Shown: one piece after another, positions 30,987 to 40,303 of the stretch
Numbering within the stretch: the stretch's first letter is position 1
How the letters are laid out: each line of letters opens with the position of its first letter
Assembly (NCBI GenBank): GCA_037127795.1
Contig: JBAXXQ010000001.1
Span: forward strand, 515,687-579,686
Direction of reading: 5' to 3'
Origin: a bacterium
GTDB taxonomy: Bacteria; Patescibacteriota; Minisyncoccia; Phycocordibacterales; UBA9973
DNA: 64,000 nucleotides
The notes under the pieces: model-generated
What the model was told of the DNA's origin: nothing
The model's input: only the letters and a program-made list of their open reading frames with translations
Databases searched by the model: none
Made by a program: the position numbers and the translations under genes

Positions 30987-30992
30987 ATAGCA

Positions 30993-31856
30993 TTAGAACA
31001 AGTCCGCCGAGAAATTGGCGGACTTTTTTATTGAAAAATCTTTGTACACAACAAGATACTCAAATTTGAAACTATCCATAAGTGTATGCGGCTCAACAAA
31101 AAACAAACAAGTCGTAAGTGCATCTGCAACAATAGCGGTATCTGCGACAACCCAGACCGCAATTATTTCTCTTGGCGATACGAGTGTTTTGGGATTTATA
31201 ATATGAGTAAAATCTCCCCATGCGCGTCGCGCCCCAGAAGATCCTGCAATACTCTTATTTTGCAATTGATACACACCGAGTACCTGTGTGGTGTCTTCTG
31301 GATTTTCCAAACCAATAGCGAGCGGTGTAGTATTTTTATACAAAATATCCCCTCCTGCATCAATACAAAAATACTGTATACCAAAACTTTGTAATACTTC
31401 CCCTACTAGATCGATCAAATACCCCTTACCTGCAGCGCCAAAATCAAGCTGTATAGGAATACTTGTCTGCAATATAGGATATTCATACGATAACACATCT
31501 TCCCAGAGTAGTGTCTTTTGTAATACCTCTTTTTGCTGTAATGAATATTCTTTATCATACCCCGCAGATACGAGAGCACTCCCTATAAGCGGCGTAAAAA
31601 ATCCATCGGTTTTTTCATACAGTGTTTTGTATATATCAAGTAATTTTTGCGCATATAATGGGAATACATACTCGCCAGCGTTTTGCGATATTGCATGCAC
31701 AATAGAATCTGTTCTAAATCGAGAAAAAGTTTTTTCAAAATCTGAAATATTTTCTTTGATACCAGAAATAACTTCAGCCTCTTTTTCAATAGAAAGAGGC
31801 TGATATATATCTATTATCCAGTGTGTTCCTATAGCTTCAAAAACAAACTGTGTCAT
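30993..31856 (-). CDS. apbE: FAD:protein FMN transferase (ApbE family)
   Basis: FSRFRTDS, LDFGAAGKGY, DAGGDI, HIINPKT, ADALTT. Confidence 0.92.
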   Translation of the reverse strand: MTQFVFEAIGTHWIIDIYQPLSIEKEAEVISGIKENISDFEKTFSRFRTDSIVHAISQNAGEYVFPLYAQKLLDIYKTLYEKTDGFFTPLIGSALVSAGYDKEYSLQQKEVLQKTLLWEDVLSYEYPILQTSIPIQLDFGAAGKGYLIDLVGEVLQSFGIQYFCIDAGGDILYKNTTPLAIGLENPEDTTQVLGVYQLQNKSIAGSSGARRAWGDFTHIINPKTLVSPREIIAVWVVADTAIVADALTTCLFFVEPHTLMDSFKFEYLVVYKDFSIKKSANFSADLF

Positions 31857-31862
31857 AAGAAA

Positions 31863-32459
31863 TTACGCTTTTGCTTGCGCCTTGATTTGATTCAATGCAT
31901 CATTAAATCCTTTTGGAGTAAGAGATGCACCAGAAACTTTTGTAAGATAAATACTTGCGATATTTTTTCCTACTACATAGCCTTGATATCCACTTATGAA
32001 TTTTTCTTGATATCGAGCTGAAGTATGGTCTCCTGCTTCTGGGGTTACACTTGCAGCAGTTACAATATCATTTGCAATAGTAAGTGTCACTGCGATTTGA
32101 TCTTCTCCTCCTGGAGACATATATGAGCCAGTTGCAGAATAACTACCATTTTTGTATGTACTAGACTTTACTGTAGCAGGTTTTGTAGGTGCCACTGGTT
32201 GCTGTGGGACATTACTATTTACTGTAGTCACCGCAGGACTATCTGATTCATTATTATCAGAATCTCCGTCTTTTACTGGCTCCAATCCGGCTTGCTGATC
32301 AGTATTTTGTACTACAGGAGTACTTGTATTATTTGTAGAAGTATTTGATGCAACTGTTGTGTCAGGCTTTTTATCTCCTGCAAATGTCGCAAGTGCAACT
32401 CCTGCAACAGCAACAATCCCCACCGCTATACCAATATTTTTTTTCGTATTTTGTTCCAT
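31863..32459 (-). CDS. membrane-anchored FMN-binding domain protein
   Basis: N-terminal TM, low-complexity linker, YKNGSYSATGSY, flavinylation motif VSGASLT. Confidence 0.88.
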   Translation of the reverse strand: MEQNTKKNIGIAVGIVAVAGVALATFAGDKKPDTTVASNTSTNNTSTPVVQNTDQQAGLEPVKDGDSDNNESDSPAVTTVNSNVPQQPVAPTKPATVKSSTYKNGSYSATGSYMSPGGEDQIAVTLTIANDIVTAASVTPEAGDHTSARYQEKFISGYQGYVVGKNIASIYLTKVSGASLTPKGFNDALNQIKAQAKA

Positions 32460-32484
32460 ACTATTTTTATATATTATCTATTAA

Positions 32485-32955
32485 TTACACCAACCTTCGC
32501 ACAGGAGCTTCACGAGGAGGCTCAGGTGTTGGTACTGAAACTGGTATTTGTATATTTTTGTTACCTCTTTGGTGCAAAGAAAGTGCATCAGCACCATTCA
32601 TAAAGACTACAAATGTCGCGCATGCAAGACCAAAATCTCTCACTCCGATTTCTCCATATCCTACAACATACATAATATCAAACAAGTGTAATGCGAGTAG
32701 TAATGCCACAATGCGAGTATGCCATCCGAATACCAAGAGTAATCCAAACGCTACTTCAAACAATGCATTGAAGTACACAAGCACTGTCGCACTCACTCCG
32801 AGCGCACTCGTAACAGAATCAGGGATATATGCTGTCCATACATCGGTATGAAGAAATTGCTGAAATCCAAACCACAAAATAACCATTGCCATAGTGATAC
32901 GAAGTACTACAGGAGCGTACGTTTCTATTGTTGAAATTATTTTTTGCATATTCAT
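32485..32955 (-). CDS. DoxX family membrane protein
   Basis: LRITMAMVILWFG, FEVAFGLLLVFG..TRIVA, VRDFGL. Confidence 0.85.
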   Translation of the reverse strand: MNMQKIISTIETYAPVVLRITMAMVILWFGFQQFLHTDVWTAYIPDSVTSALGVSATVLVYFNALFEVAFGLLLVFGWHTRIVALLLALHLFDIMYVVGYGEIGVRDFGLACATFVVFMNGADALSLHQRGNKNIQIPVSVPTPEPPREAPVRRLV

Positions 32956-33041
32956 AAGTATACTATATATACGACTACATCCTCTTTTTTGGTGCATTGA
33001 CAAAACGTTTTTATCCTGTAATATCAAGAAAAAAATGTACC

Positions 33042-33461
33042 ATGAAAATTACTATTTTTAGCAATACTGCAACAGTAACTATTCCTAAAAAATTATTAAA
33101 TTCTTTTATAGCTTTTTTAAGGAATAACAAATTTGAATTAGTAGACTATATCGATTCAATAGAAGTTTTAGATCATTTGGATGTACTTATACAAGTCCAC
33201 CAAAACCAGGTTCTTTTTATTAAGAAAAAAATAGAAATCTGGAATAGTACAAACCACCCAAGACCTAAAAAAATAACTGAGCTAAAAATAAGAAAAGGTA
33301 AATTTTTAGCTACTATTACTATTTCTGGTATTTTATATAGAATCGGTACTGAGCAAGATAATTTCTTGTCAGCACTGGAACTAGCACAAATCTACCAACA
33401 AGAAGATCAACCAATAGTAATATTAAATGACAAGGGAGAAAAAGTTACTAGGTCAACATAA
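33042..33461 (+). CDS. hypothetical protein (accessory cassette)
   Basis: TTGACA-16-TAATAT promoter with ATG 33042 17 nt later (the track's TTG start is the -35 box); terminator 33471-33499. Confidence 0.65.
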   Translation: MKITIFSNTATVTIPKKLLNSFIAFLRNNKFELVDYIDSIEVLDHLDVLIQVHQNQVLFIKKKIEIWNSTNHPRPKKITELKIRKGKFLATITISGILYRIGTEQDNFLSALELAQIYQQEDQPIVILNDKGEKVTRST

Positions 33462-33560
33462 ATTGACCACAAAAAGCGCTTCATTACGGGGCGCTTTTTC
33501 TATAGCTTTTTATAGATTTTCGTGTATAATAGCTTTATATTATTAGGAACGACTATATTT

Positions 33561-33698
33561 ATGGCAAAAAGAAGTACAACACTTGGCAAAAAAGAGAAAT
33601 CAAAGCACTCACACAAGACTCAAAAGCGTCTTGATATCAAATACGATATGATTGCAAAAAAACTCGCAACCGTAAAAGGTTCACGAAAAAGCAAATAA
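33561..33698 (+). CDS. small basic protein (45 aa), not in the ORF track
   Basis: MAKRSTTLGKKEKSKHSHKTQKRLDIKYDMIAKKLATVKGSRKSK; TATAAT at 33525-33530; terminator AAAACCCCTTATCG-CG-CGATAAGGGGTTTT right after the stop. Confidence 0.7.
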   Translation: MAKRSTTLGKKEKSKHSHKTQKRLDIKYDMIAKKLATVKGSRKSK

Positions 33699-33778
33699 TA
33701 CAAAAACCCCTTATCGCGCGATAAGGGGTTTTATATATTCATATATTAATATTATAAATAAGTATATAATATTAATAT

Positions 33779-34198
33779 ATGAAAAAAGATCAAACAAATA
33801 CGACTTTAATAATACTATGTTTTATAGTGATAATTTTTATGATTGGTAATCCAAATAATCACTCTAAACTAAATAAGGATGAACAACAAAATTGTTCAAT
33901 TTTAGCAAAAACATATTTTGATAAAAATTGGAATACACCAGATAGTGATATACCTAATTATACATATAAAAGTAATTTTAATTCAAAACTCAACAAATGT
34001 TTTATTGCGGTTAGTGGTATAGGGGGTGATATTTCAAATTACCAATTAAGAGATGTTAATAGTAATACTTACACGGCCATATGTGGCTCCTATACAAAAA
34101 CACCTGAACTAAATTCTTGTTTTTTGGGTGATACAAAAAAACAAGAATTTGATCTGGAAAAATACAATAATTTTATTAGTTTCTATATGAATAATTAA
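33779..34198 (+). CDS. hypothetical membrane-anchored protein with 4 Cys in the external domain
   Basis: N-terminal TM, very AT-rich ORF, TATAAT 8 nt before the ATG. Confidence 0.7.
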   Translation: MKKDQTNTTLIILCFIVIIFMIGNPNNHSKLNKDEQQNCSILAKTYFDKNWNTPDSDIPNYTYKSNFNSKLNKCFIAVSGIGGDISNYQLRDVNSNTYTAICGSYTKTPELNSCFLGDTKKQEFDLEKYNNFISFYMNN

Positions 34199-34428
34199 TA
34201 CTTTTTTTAAAATACCTAAACCCTATATCTTAAACTACTAAAGAAAAAATCAATATATAAAATTGTATTTTATATATTAGATTACATTCAAACTATCATA
34301 TAATAGTTATAGATAAGAAAATCTATTTTCATTAAGAGAAGGGTCTCTATTTGAGAAAAGAGATTTAACCCAATACTTAAAGAGTAAATTAATTCTAAAA
34401 GATAAACAGATGTTGATTGAAGATTTTT

Positions 34429-35877
34429 CTAAGGTATAAACTTATCAAGAATTTTTTCAATATCTAAGTCATCTAGTGGTTTATCCTTTAATTGCCATAT
34501 ATGCATTGTCTGCATCCAATGATACGCCAGATTCTCGGAAAGTAGTTCTGCATTTGTAGCTGCAGGTGGGTATTTAAGTGATTTACCAGATAATGCAGAA
34601 ATATCACTTTCGATTAAAAGCCATTGGCCATAAGAATCTTCAGGTGACTTTACAAGCACCATATTCCAACCTTGTCTATTTTCTCTATTTTCTTCGATAT
34701 AAATAGCTCCTGCATGAATTAAATGGTGTTTCTTTAACTCTTCACCAAAGGCTGGAAGCCTACTATTGATATATAAGGCATTAGGAGAGAAAAAGTTTAT
34801 GGTTAAGGTTCTATTTCCTAAACTATATGTTCTGTCTCTACTGTTAAAACTATGAGTAATTTTAGTCTCTTGAATATTTTTATTAATTAAACTGACAGCT
34901 TCATCAAAACGTTCCAATAAAACACCTTCCATGTAATTTATTTTTCCCTGTCTTTCTTTTTCTTCATTTGCTTTAAATTCTGCCTCCAATTGACGACTTT
35001 GTTCTGCATCATAATTCTTCTTGATTCTATCAACTAATGGAGAATTCGTGTTTACTGTTTGAAAATCAGTGTTTAAAATATCAAGCACCTCATCAACAGT
35101 TTGATAGCGTTTATTTTGATCCTTCTCTAGTAGTTTTCTAACGAGACCATCTAAATGATTCGGAATATTTTTATTAATACTCACCACTCGAACAGGAGAC
35201 TCATATAAATGCTGACTCCTCAAATCAACAATATCATCCGCTAAAAAAGGCACACGACCAGTAAGAGCTTCAAAAAGCATAACTCCAATAGCGTATAGAT
35301 CAGATGCGCGAGTTATTGTCTTTCTTTCCCATATTTCTGGGGCCATATAACGCGGTGTCCCACCTCCTTTAAAGGTTAGCGTCTTAGTTGCTTCATCTAG
35401 CGATTTAGATAACCCTAGATCTCCAATCTTTAAAGTTTTATTTAAAATAAGAATATTTTCTGGCTTCAAATCGCGATGCACTACACGATCATGTAGTGTT
35501 TTAAGTCCTGAAAGAATTTGTTTAAAATCATCAACTATTTCAGGGACACTCCGATCTTTTTTTGACAGTATCATGTCACGATAATTTCCCTCAGAACAAT
35601 ATTCTGTGACAGTAAAGAAATATTTATTACCCCTATAGATATGCTCACCAGTACCTATGAGCTTAAGAACATTTAGATCGTCTAGACCAAGAAGTGCTGA
35701 GGTTTCTCTCTCAAATGATGTAAGTGTATCAGCATCTTTAACTGGACCTAAAGTTTTTATAGCAAAAGAAGATCCGTTTTCATTGTGTGCCAGATAAACA
35801 ACACCGAAACCACCTCTTCCAATTTCTTCAGATATTGTATAATTCTCTGATTTATCAGTGATTTTTTCACCTATCAT
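34429..35877 (-). CDS. Hanks-type Ser/Thr protein kinase with unknown C-terminal domain
   Basis: IGRGGFGVV, AIK, HRDLKPEN, DLG, GTPRYMAPE, DLYAIGV. Confidence 0.93.
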   Translation of the reverse strand: MIGEKITDKSENYTISEEIGRGGFGVVYLAHNENGSSFAIKTLGPVKDADTLTSFERETSALLGLDDLNVLKLIGTGEHIYRGNKYFFTVTEYCSEGNYRDMILSKKDRSVPEIVDDFKQILSGLKTLHDRVVHRDLKPENILILNKTLKIGDLGLSKSLDEATKTLTFKGGGTPRYMAPEIWERKTITRASDLYAIGVMLFEALTGRVPFLADDIVDLRSQHLYESPVRVVSINKNIPNHLDGLVRKLLEKDQNKRYQTVDEVLDILNTDFQTVNTNSPLVDRIKKNYDAEQSRQLEAEFKANEEKERQGKINYMEGVLLERFDEAVSLINKNIQETKITHSFNSRDRTYSLGNRTLTINFFSPNALYINSRLPAFGEELKKHHLIHAGAIYIEENRENRQGWNMVLVKSPEDSYGQWLLIESDISALSGKSLKYPPAATNAELLSENLAYHWMQTMHIWQLKDKPLDDLDIEKILDKFIP

Positions 35878-35953
35878 ATAAGCATATGATATCATTTTTT
35901 ACTTGAAGACCCCAATGTCACGTGTTTAGGTCCTTCGATACTAAACTAAGCTG

Positions 35954-36024
35954 CTGGGGTGCAAGGACTCGAACCTCAATAAACGGTACCAGAAACCGTT
36001 GTCCTACCATTAGACGACACCCCA
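35954..36024 (-). tRNA. tRNA-Gln(CUG)
   Basis: TGGGGTG acceptor, anticodon loop TT-CTG-GT, GGTTCGAGTCC T-arm; CCA not encoded. Confidence 0.95.
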
Positions 36025-36060
36025 ATATGTACAAAATAGTATATTTTTGTACAAAACGGA

Positions 36061-36984
36061 TTATACCTTTAAATATTTGCGAATTGCAAATGCACTAGAA
36101 AGTACCCCGAGGAATACCCCTGCCAAGAGTACTACAAAAGCGAGCGAGAAGAAATGACTCATAAAGTAGGTAAAGAGGTTTATCCCTATGAGAGAGGTTG
36201 CGCGGACACCGAGCATATAGACAGTCGGTATAGTAATAAGAAGCATTATGAGCCATGCTACAGCCCCATAGAGCCCCCCTTGTACGAGGAATGGCGCTCT
36301 CGTATATCCACTACTTGCTCCCACAAGTCGCATAATACCAATCTCTTCGCGCCAAAGGTATATAGCAAGACGAATAGTCGTAAGCATGATAAGTACTGAA
36401 ATAGTCGCAAATACGACAATGATTGCAATACCGAGCTTATTTGCAGAATCGCTAATACGATTGATACGATCAATTATTTCTTTATTTTGATTGTAGTTTA
36501 TATGCTCGATAATATCCCCATACTGTGAAGCTTTTTTGTCTGTACCTTCGAGTACTGCGACGATATTTTCATAATGACTTGAGTCAGTCGCTTTGATAGA
36601 AAGGAATCCTCCAAATGGGTTTTGATTGAGCTCATCGAGCGCTTGGATAGTGAGATAGTCTCCTGCATTGCGAGTACGGAATGCCAACACTTGCTCATCA
36701 CTAGTCGTATACGAAACACTTTTTACATCAGGGAGACTTTCGAGTGTTTGGCGAAGTTTCAAAATTTTATCTTCTGATGCAGATACAGTGAAATATACAG
36801 ACACATCTACTTTTTGCTCGAGAGTTGCGAGAGTGGTATCGAGTACTGCGTGAAAAAGGAATAACCCTGTAATAACACAGAGTGTAATAGTAGTTGCCAA
36901 AATAGCAGCAGAAGACACTACTCCATTTCTTTTAAATGAAACCCATCCTGCTCGTACTGCTCGTTTTATAGTGATCCAAAACAT
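36061..36984 (-). CDS. ftsX: cell division permease FtsX
   Basis: 4 TM with a large external loop, EEIGIMRLVGAS; downstream of ftsE. Confidence 0.92.
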   Translation of the reverse strand: MFWITIKRAVRAGWVSFKRNGVVSSAAILATTITLCVITGLFLFHAVLDTTLATLEQKVDVSVYFTVSASEDKILKLRQTLESLPDVKSVSYTTSDEQVLAFRTRNAGDYLTIQALDELNQNPFGGFLSIKATDSSHYENIVAVLEGTDKKASQYGDIIEHINYNQNKEIIDRINRISDSANKLGIAIIVVFATISVLIMLTTIRLAIYLWREEIGIMRLVGASSGYTRAPFLVQGGLYGAVAWLIMLLITIPTVYMLGVRATSLIGINLFTYFMSHFFSLAFVVLLAGVFLGVLSSAFAIRKYLKV

Positions 36985-36993
36985 ATATCTGTA

Positions 36994-37674
36994 TTATACC
37001 TTATGTGCGCGCTTTTGTTCATCTTTTATAATACGACCATGCTCCATAGTGATAATACGCTTTCCTACGGCTTTGATAAGCTGCTCATCATGAGTCGCAA
37101 GTATCACCGTAGTACCAAGCTCATTTATTTTTTTCAAAATTTCTATCACGTCGAGCGTGTTTGCAGTATCGAGATTACCTGTCGGCTCATCTGCGATAAG
37201 TACTTCTGGCTGGTTGATAATAGCGCGTGCTATAGCAAGGCGCTGCTTCTCTCCACCAGAAAGCTGATTGGGAAAATGAAACATACGGCTCTCAAGCCCT
37301 ACGAGCTGCAATACGTGCGGTACATCAGAAATAATCTCTTCATCACTTTTGCCAGCAGCTTCCATAGCAAATGCAATATTTTCATATGCGGTTTTATCTC
37401 CGAGAAGTCTAAAGTCTTGGAAAATAGTACCTACGCGACGACGAAGATGATTTATCTCTGTCGCAGAGCATGTATTGAGATCTTTTTCTTCAAAAAGGAC
37501 AGATCCTTGTGTAGGGATTTCTTCACAAAGAAGAAGTTTTGTAAGCGTTGTTTTGCCGGCACCAGACGGGCCAACAATAGTAACAAACTCTCCTTTTTCT
37601 ATATGCAAATTGATATGCTGTAATGCAACAGCGCCATTCTGATATGCTTTTGCAACATCGGTAAATGTAATCAT
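36994..37674 (-). CDS. ftsE: cell division ATP-binding protein FtsE
   Basis: [32 protein letters not shown]. Confidence 0.94.
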   Translation of the reverse strand: MITFTDVAKAYQNGAVALQHINLHIEKGEFVTIVGPSGAGKTTLTKLLLCEEIPTQGSVLFEEKDLNTCSATEINHLRRRVGTIFQDFRLLGDKTAYENIAFAMEAAGKSDEEIISDVPHVLQLVGLESRMFHFPNQLSGGEKQRLAIARAIINQPEVLIADEPTGNLDTANTLDVIEILKKINELGTTVILATHDEQLIKAVGKRIITMEHGRIIKDEQKRAHKV

Positions 37675-37694
37675 AGAGACCTTAGTATAGCATA

Positions 37695-38567
37695 TTATAC
37701 TGCCGGTATAAAAATATCTATATTCCCACGTTCAAGCACACTCTCTGTATCCCCTGTTTCTATACCAGTTTTATGATCCTTGATGAGCTTGTATGGATGA
37801 AGTGTATAACTACGCATTTGATTCCCCCATTCGATGTCGGTTGTTTTTGAAATTTGCATGCCGGCTTCGTGTGCAAGGCGCTCATCTTCGCGGAGTTTGT
37901 AGAGCTTCCCTTGGAGTATAGACAGTGCGCGTTGTTTATTTTGCTCTTGGCTGCGCTCAGTAGTCGCATGTACAGACAATCCTGTTGGCTTGTGTACAAT
38001 ACGTACCGCTGTCTCGCGTTTGTTTACATTTTGCCCACCAGGACCTCCTGCTCGCGCAAAAGAAATATCAAGTTCACTGTCTGGTATTACAATATCGGTA
38101 GTTTCTTTTGAAAAATCAGGAACCACTTCTACAAGCGCAAACGATGTTTGCCGTTTTCCATTTGCATTAAAAGGACTAATACGTACCAAGCGATGTACAC
38201 CGGATTCGTTTTTCAATGTGCCATACACCTGCGCACCAGTTATAATAAAACTTACATTTCTATATCCGCCATGATCATTTTGATTTTCATCAATATATGA
38301 AAGCCCCCACCCTTTTTTCTCAACATACTTGGTATACATATGGAGCAACATACCAGCAAAATCTTCTGCATCGTCTCCTCCTGCTCCTGCAAAAATAGTC
38401 ACTACTGCATTACCTTTGTCGTACTTTGCACTACCGAGCAATGCATCACGAAGCTCCTTGAGCTCCTTGATCATAGACTGTGCAGCATTTTTGTCATTCC
38501 AAAAATCCGCCCCTCCCATAGCAGCTTCTATATATTCTATACGGTTTTGTATTTCTTCTTTGTTCAC
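37695..38567 (-). CDS. prfB: peptide chain release factor 2 (shortened domain 1)
   Basis: SPF tripeptide (RISPFN), GGQ motif, GVHRLVR; GTG start 38567 lies 7 nt after TACAGT. Confidence 0.92.
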   Translation of the reverse strand: MNKEEIQNRIEYIEAAMGGADFWNDKNAAQSMIKELKELRDALLGSAKYDKGNAVVTIFAGAGGDDAEDFAGMLLHMYTKYVEKKGWGLSYIDENQNDHGGYRNVSFIITGAQVYGTLKNESGVHRLVRISPFNANGKRQTSFALVEVVPDFSKETTDIVIPDSELDISFARAGGPGGQNVNKRETAVRIVHKPTGLSVHATTERSQEQNKQRALSILQGKLYKLREDERLAHEAGMQISKTTDIEWGNQMRSYTLHPYKLIKDHKTGIETGDTESVLERGNIDIFIPAV

Positions 38568-38640
38568 TATAGACACTGTAGCAAAAATTATCCAAATAAA
38601 AAAGCACAGTATACACCATGCTTTTTAAATCTTTTTTTAA

Positions 38641-39060
38641 TTAATCCTCATTATACCCTGATGCAATTTTTGTAGGAATCATGTTGATATAAAAATCAGA
38701 ATCAGAACCAGGACCTCCCTTTGGTACTTTATTTGCAAGATAAATTTTTCCACCTAGAGATTTGTTCATTTCAGTAAAAAAATTAAGATCTTCTGCGCAA
38801 ACATAATACTTTTCAGAAAGAGTTACTTCAGGAATAATTTTTTTTACTCTTTGTAAAATTATTATTTCCAATTTACTTCCTAATGAAGAGCTATGCAATG
38901 TTCCCGCAACTACATAATAAGATTTATGTTTAATAACACTCTTATCATATATAATTTCTTTTATATGCCTTTTTGAAAACATAAAAATAGTAAAAACAAT
39001 TGCTGCACCGAAAAGAAAATTATAAAAATTTTCCTCCTGAAAGTGAATTAATAAATACAT
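38641..39060 (-). CDS. hypothetical protein with N-terminal TM (accessory cassette)
   Basis: ORF downstream of tRNA-Thr with a TTGACT-17-TAATTT promoter; start uncertain (39060 or 39084). Confidence 0.55.
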   Translation of the reverse strand: MYLLIHFQEENFYNFLFGAAIVFTIFMFSKRHIKEIIYDKSVIKHKSYYVVAGTLHSSSLGSKLEIIILQRVKKIIPEVTLSEKYYVCAEDLNFFTEMNKSLGGKIYLANKVPKGGPGSDSDFYINMIPTKIASGYNED

Positions 39061-39126
39061 AAAAATTAAATTTGAATGATACAATATTTTTTAGAAAATT
39101 ATCATATATATAAAAAAAAGTCAATG

Positions 39127-39199
39127 AGCCACCTCCGAGGATCGAACTCGGGACCCCAGCTTTACGAAAGCTGTGCTCTACCAACTGAGCTAAGGTGGC
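39127..39199 (-). tRNA. tRNA-Thr(CGU)
   Basis: GCCACCT acceptor, CAGCT-TT-CGT-AA-AGCTG anticodon arm, TTCGA T-loop. Confidence 0.95.
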
Positions 39200-39276
39200 G
39201 ATATTTAGATTTAGTATTTTTTTTACTTGATTGACAAACTATACCAAAAAGCATACATTTTACAAAACACTTATAT

Positions 39277-39507
39277 ATGAACATTGTATCTATTTGGCTT
39301 AAAAACCACCGAAGACGTGCTCGTATCAATTATTTTAAAAAGACCAGATTTATATTAATTAATCTCAAAAATGCAAAAGAAAAAGCAGAAAAAAATGCTC
39401 GTATGGCTGCATTATCTTTGACATTAAAAGATCTTGGTTCTTTTGGAACAGATAAGATTCGTAAAAAAATCTTACTCATAATTGATAGAGAACTAAAAAC
39501 CCAATAA
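39277..39507 (+). CDS. small basic hypothetical protein (accessory cassette)
   Basis: TTGACA-17-TACATT promoter, ATG 17 nt later; hairpin 39507-39535. Confidence 0.6.
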   Translation: MNIVSIWLKNHRRRARINYFKKTRFILINLKNAKEKAEKNARMAALSLTLKDLGSFGTDKIRKKILLIIDRELKTQ

Positions 39508-39543
39508 AGCTTCTTTCACCAAAGACTGAAGCTTTATTTTTTT

Positions 39544-40251
39544 CTATTTTTTCTCAAAATAACACACTACAGAACGACGACGAGCAGGCTTCCCTTTTAT
39601 GTGGTGCTTGTGAGATGCTTCTTTTTTCATACAAATAAAATTTTCTCCAAACGAAGCTTCGAGAGATTCGTCATCCCATACGTATTCGTAGACACCAAGC
39701 TTGGGATGTATATATGCATTTTTTTCATCTGCAGCATGCTCTTTGAGAAGCTCTCGAGTATGACTATCTCGCTCCATATAAAATGATTTGAAAAAAAGCA
39801 CTCCTTGCGGCTTCAATACGCGCGCAACTTCTTTGATAAATTGCTCGCGCTCTTTGTTTTTCAAAAAGTGACTTGCCATCATATCGAGTACTACATCTAC
39901 AGACTCGTCCTCAAGCGGTATCATATCTCCGACAGAGTGTACCTTAAATATGAGTTTGTTGCCGTGTTTTTGTTTTGCGGCTTGTGCGTGTGCCTGACTT
40001 ATACCCTCATCAGAAATATCATATCCAAATCCATTGATACCAAATTCACGATTCATCCAGAGCAAGTTGCGGCCATTACCACACCCTGCATCGAGGACAG
40101 CAATATCTGGGCGAAGCGCGTCTTTACCATACTCTTTGAGCATCCAACGACAAAATTTGACCAAGTCTGTACTCACCTCTTCAGAGAGCAAAAACATAGT
40201 TGGGTCTTTGTATTCTTTATTCCAAAATTCTTTAAGGCGTTTTTCATTCAT
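39544..40251 (-). CDS. class I SAM-dependent methyltransferase
   Basis: VLDAGCGNGRN, GYDIS, LKPQG. Confidence 0.9.
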   Translation of the reverse strand: MNEKRLKEFWNKEYKDPTMFLLSEEVSTDLVKFCRWMLKEYGKDALRPDIAVLDAGCGNGRNLLWMNREFGINGFGYDISDEGISQAHAQAAKQKHGNKLIFKVHSVGDMIPLEDESVDVVLDMMASHFLKNKEREQFIKEVARVLKPQGVLFFKSFYMERDSHTRELLKEHAADEKNAYIHPKLGVYEYVWDDESLEASFGENFICMKKEASHKHHIKGKPARRRSVVCYFEKK

Positions 40252-40303
40252 AATGATAAGTATACTCTAAAAATCCCTCATAGATAGAGGGATTTTTATA
40301 TTT

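Noticed and set aside
34199-34428. AT-rich spacer as a possible pseudogene or att site of a tRNA-Gln island
   Set aside because: No convincing ORF remnant and no duplicated tRNA 3' end found by eye.
38568-38640. Upstream prfB exon with a programmed +1 frameshift
   Set aside because: No CTTTGAC site or upstream ORF; a -10 box sits 7 nt before the GTG start.
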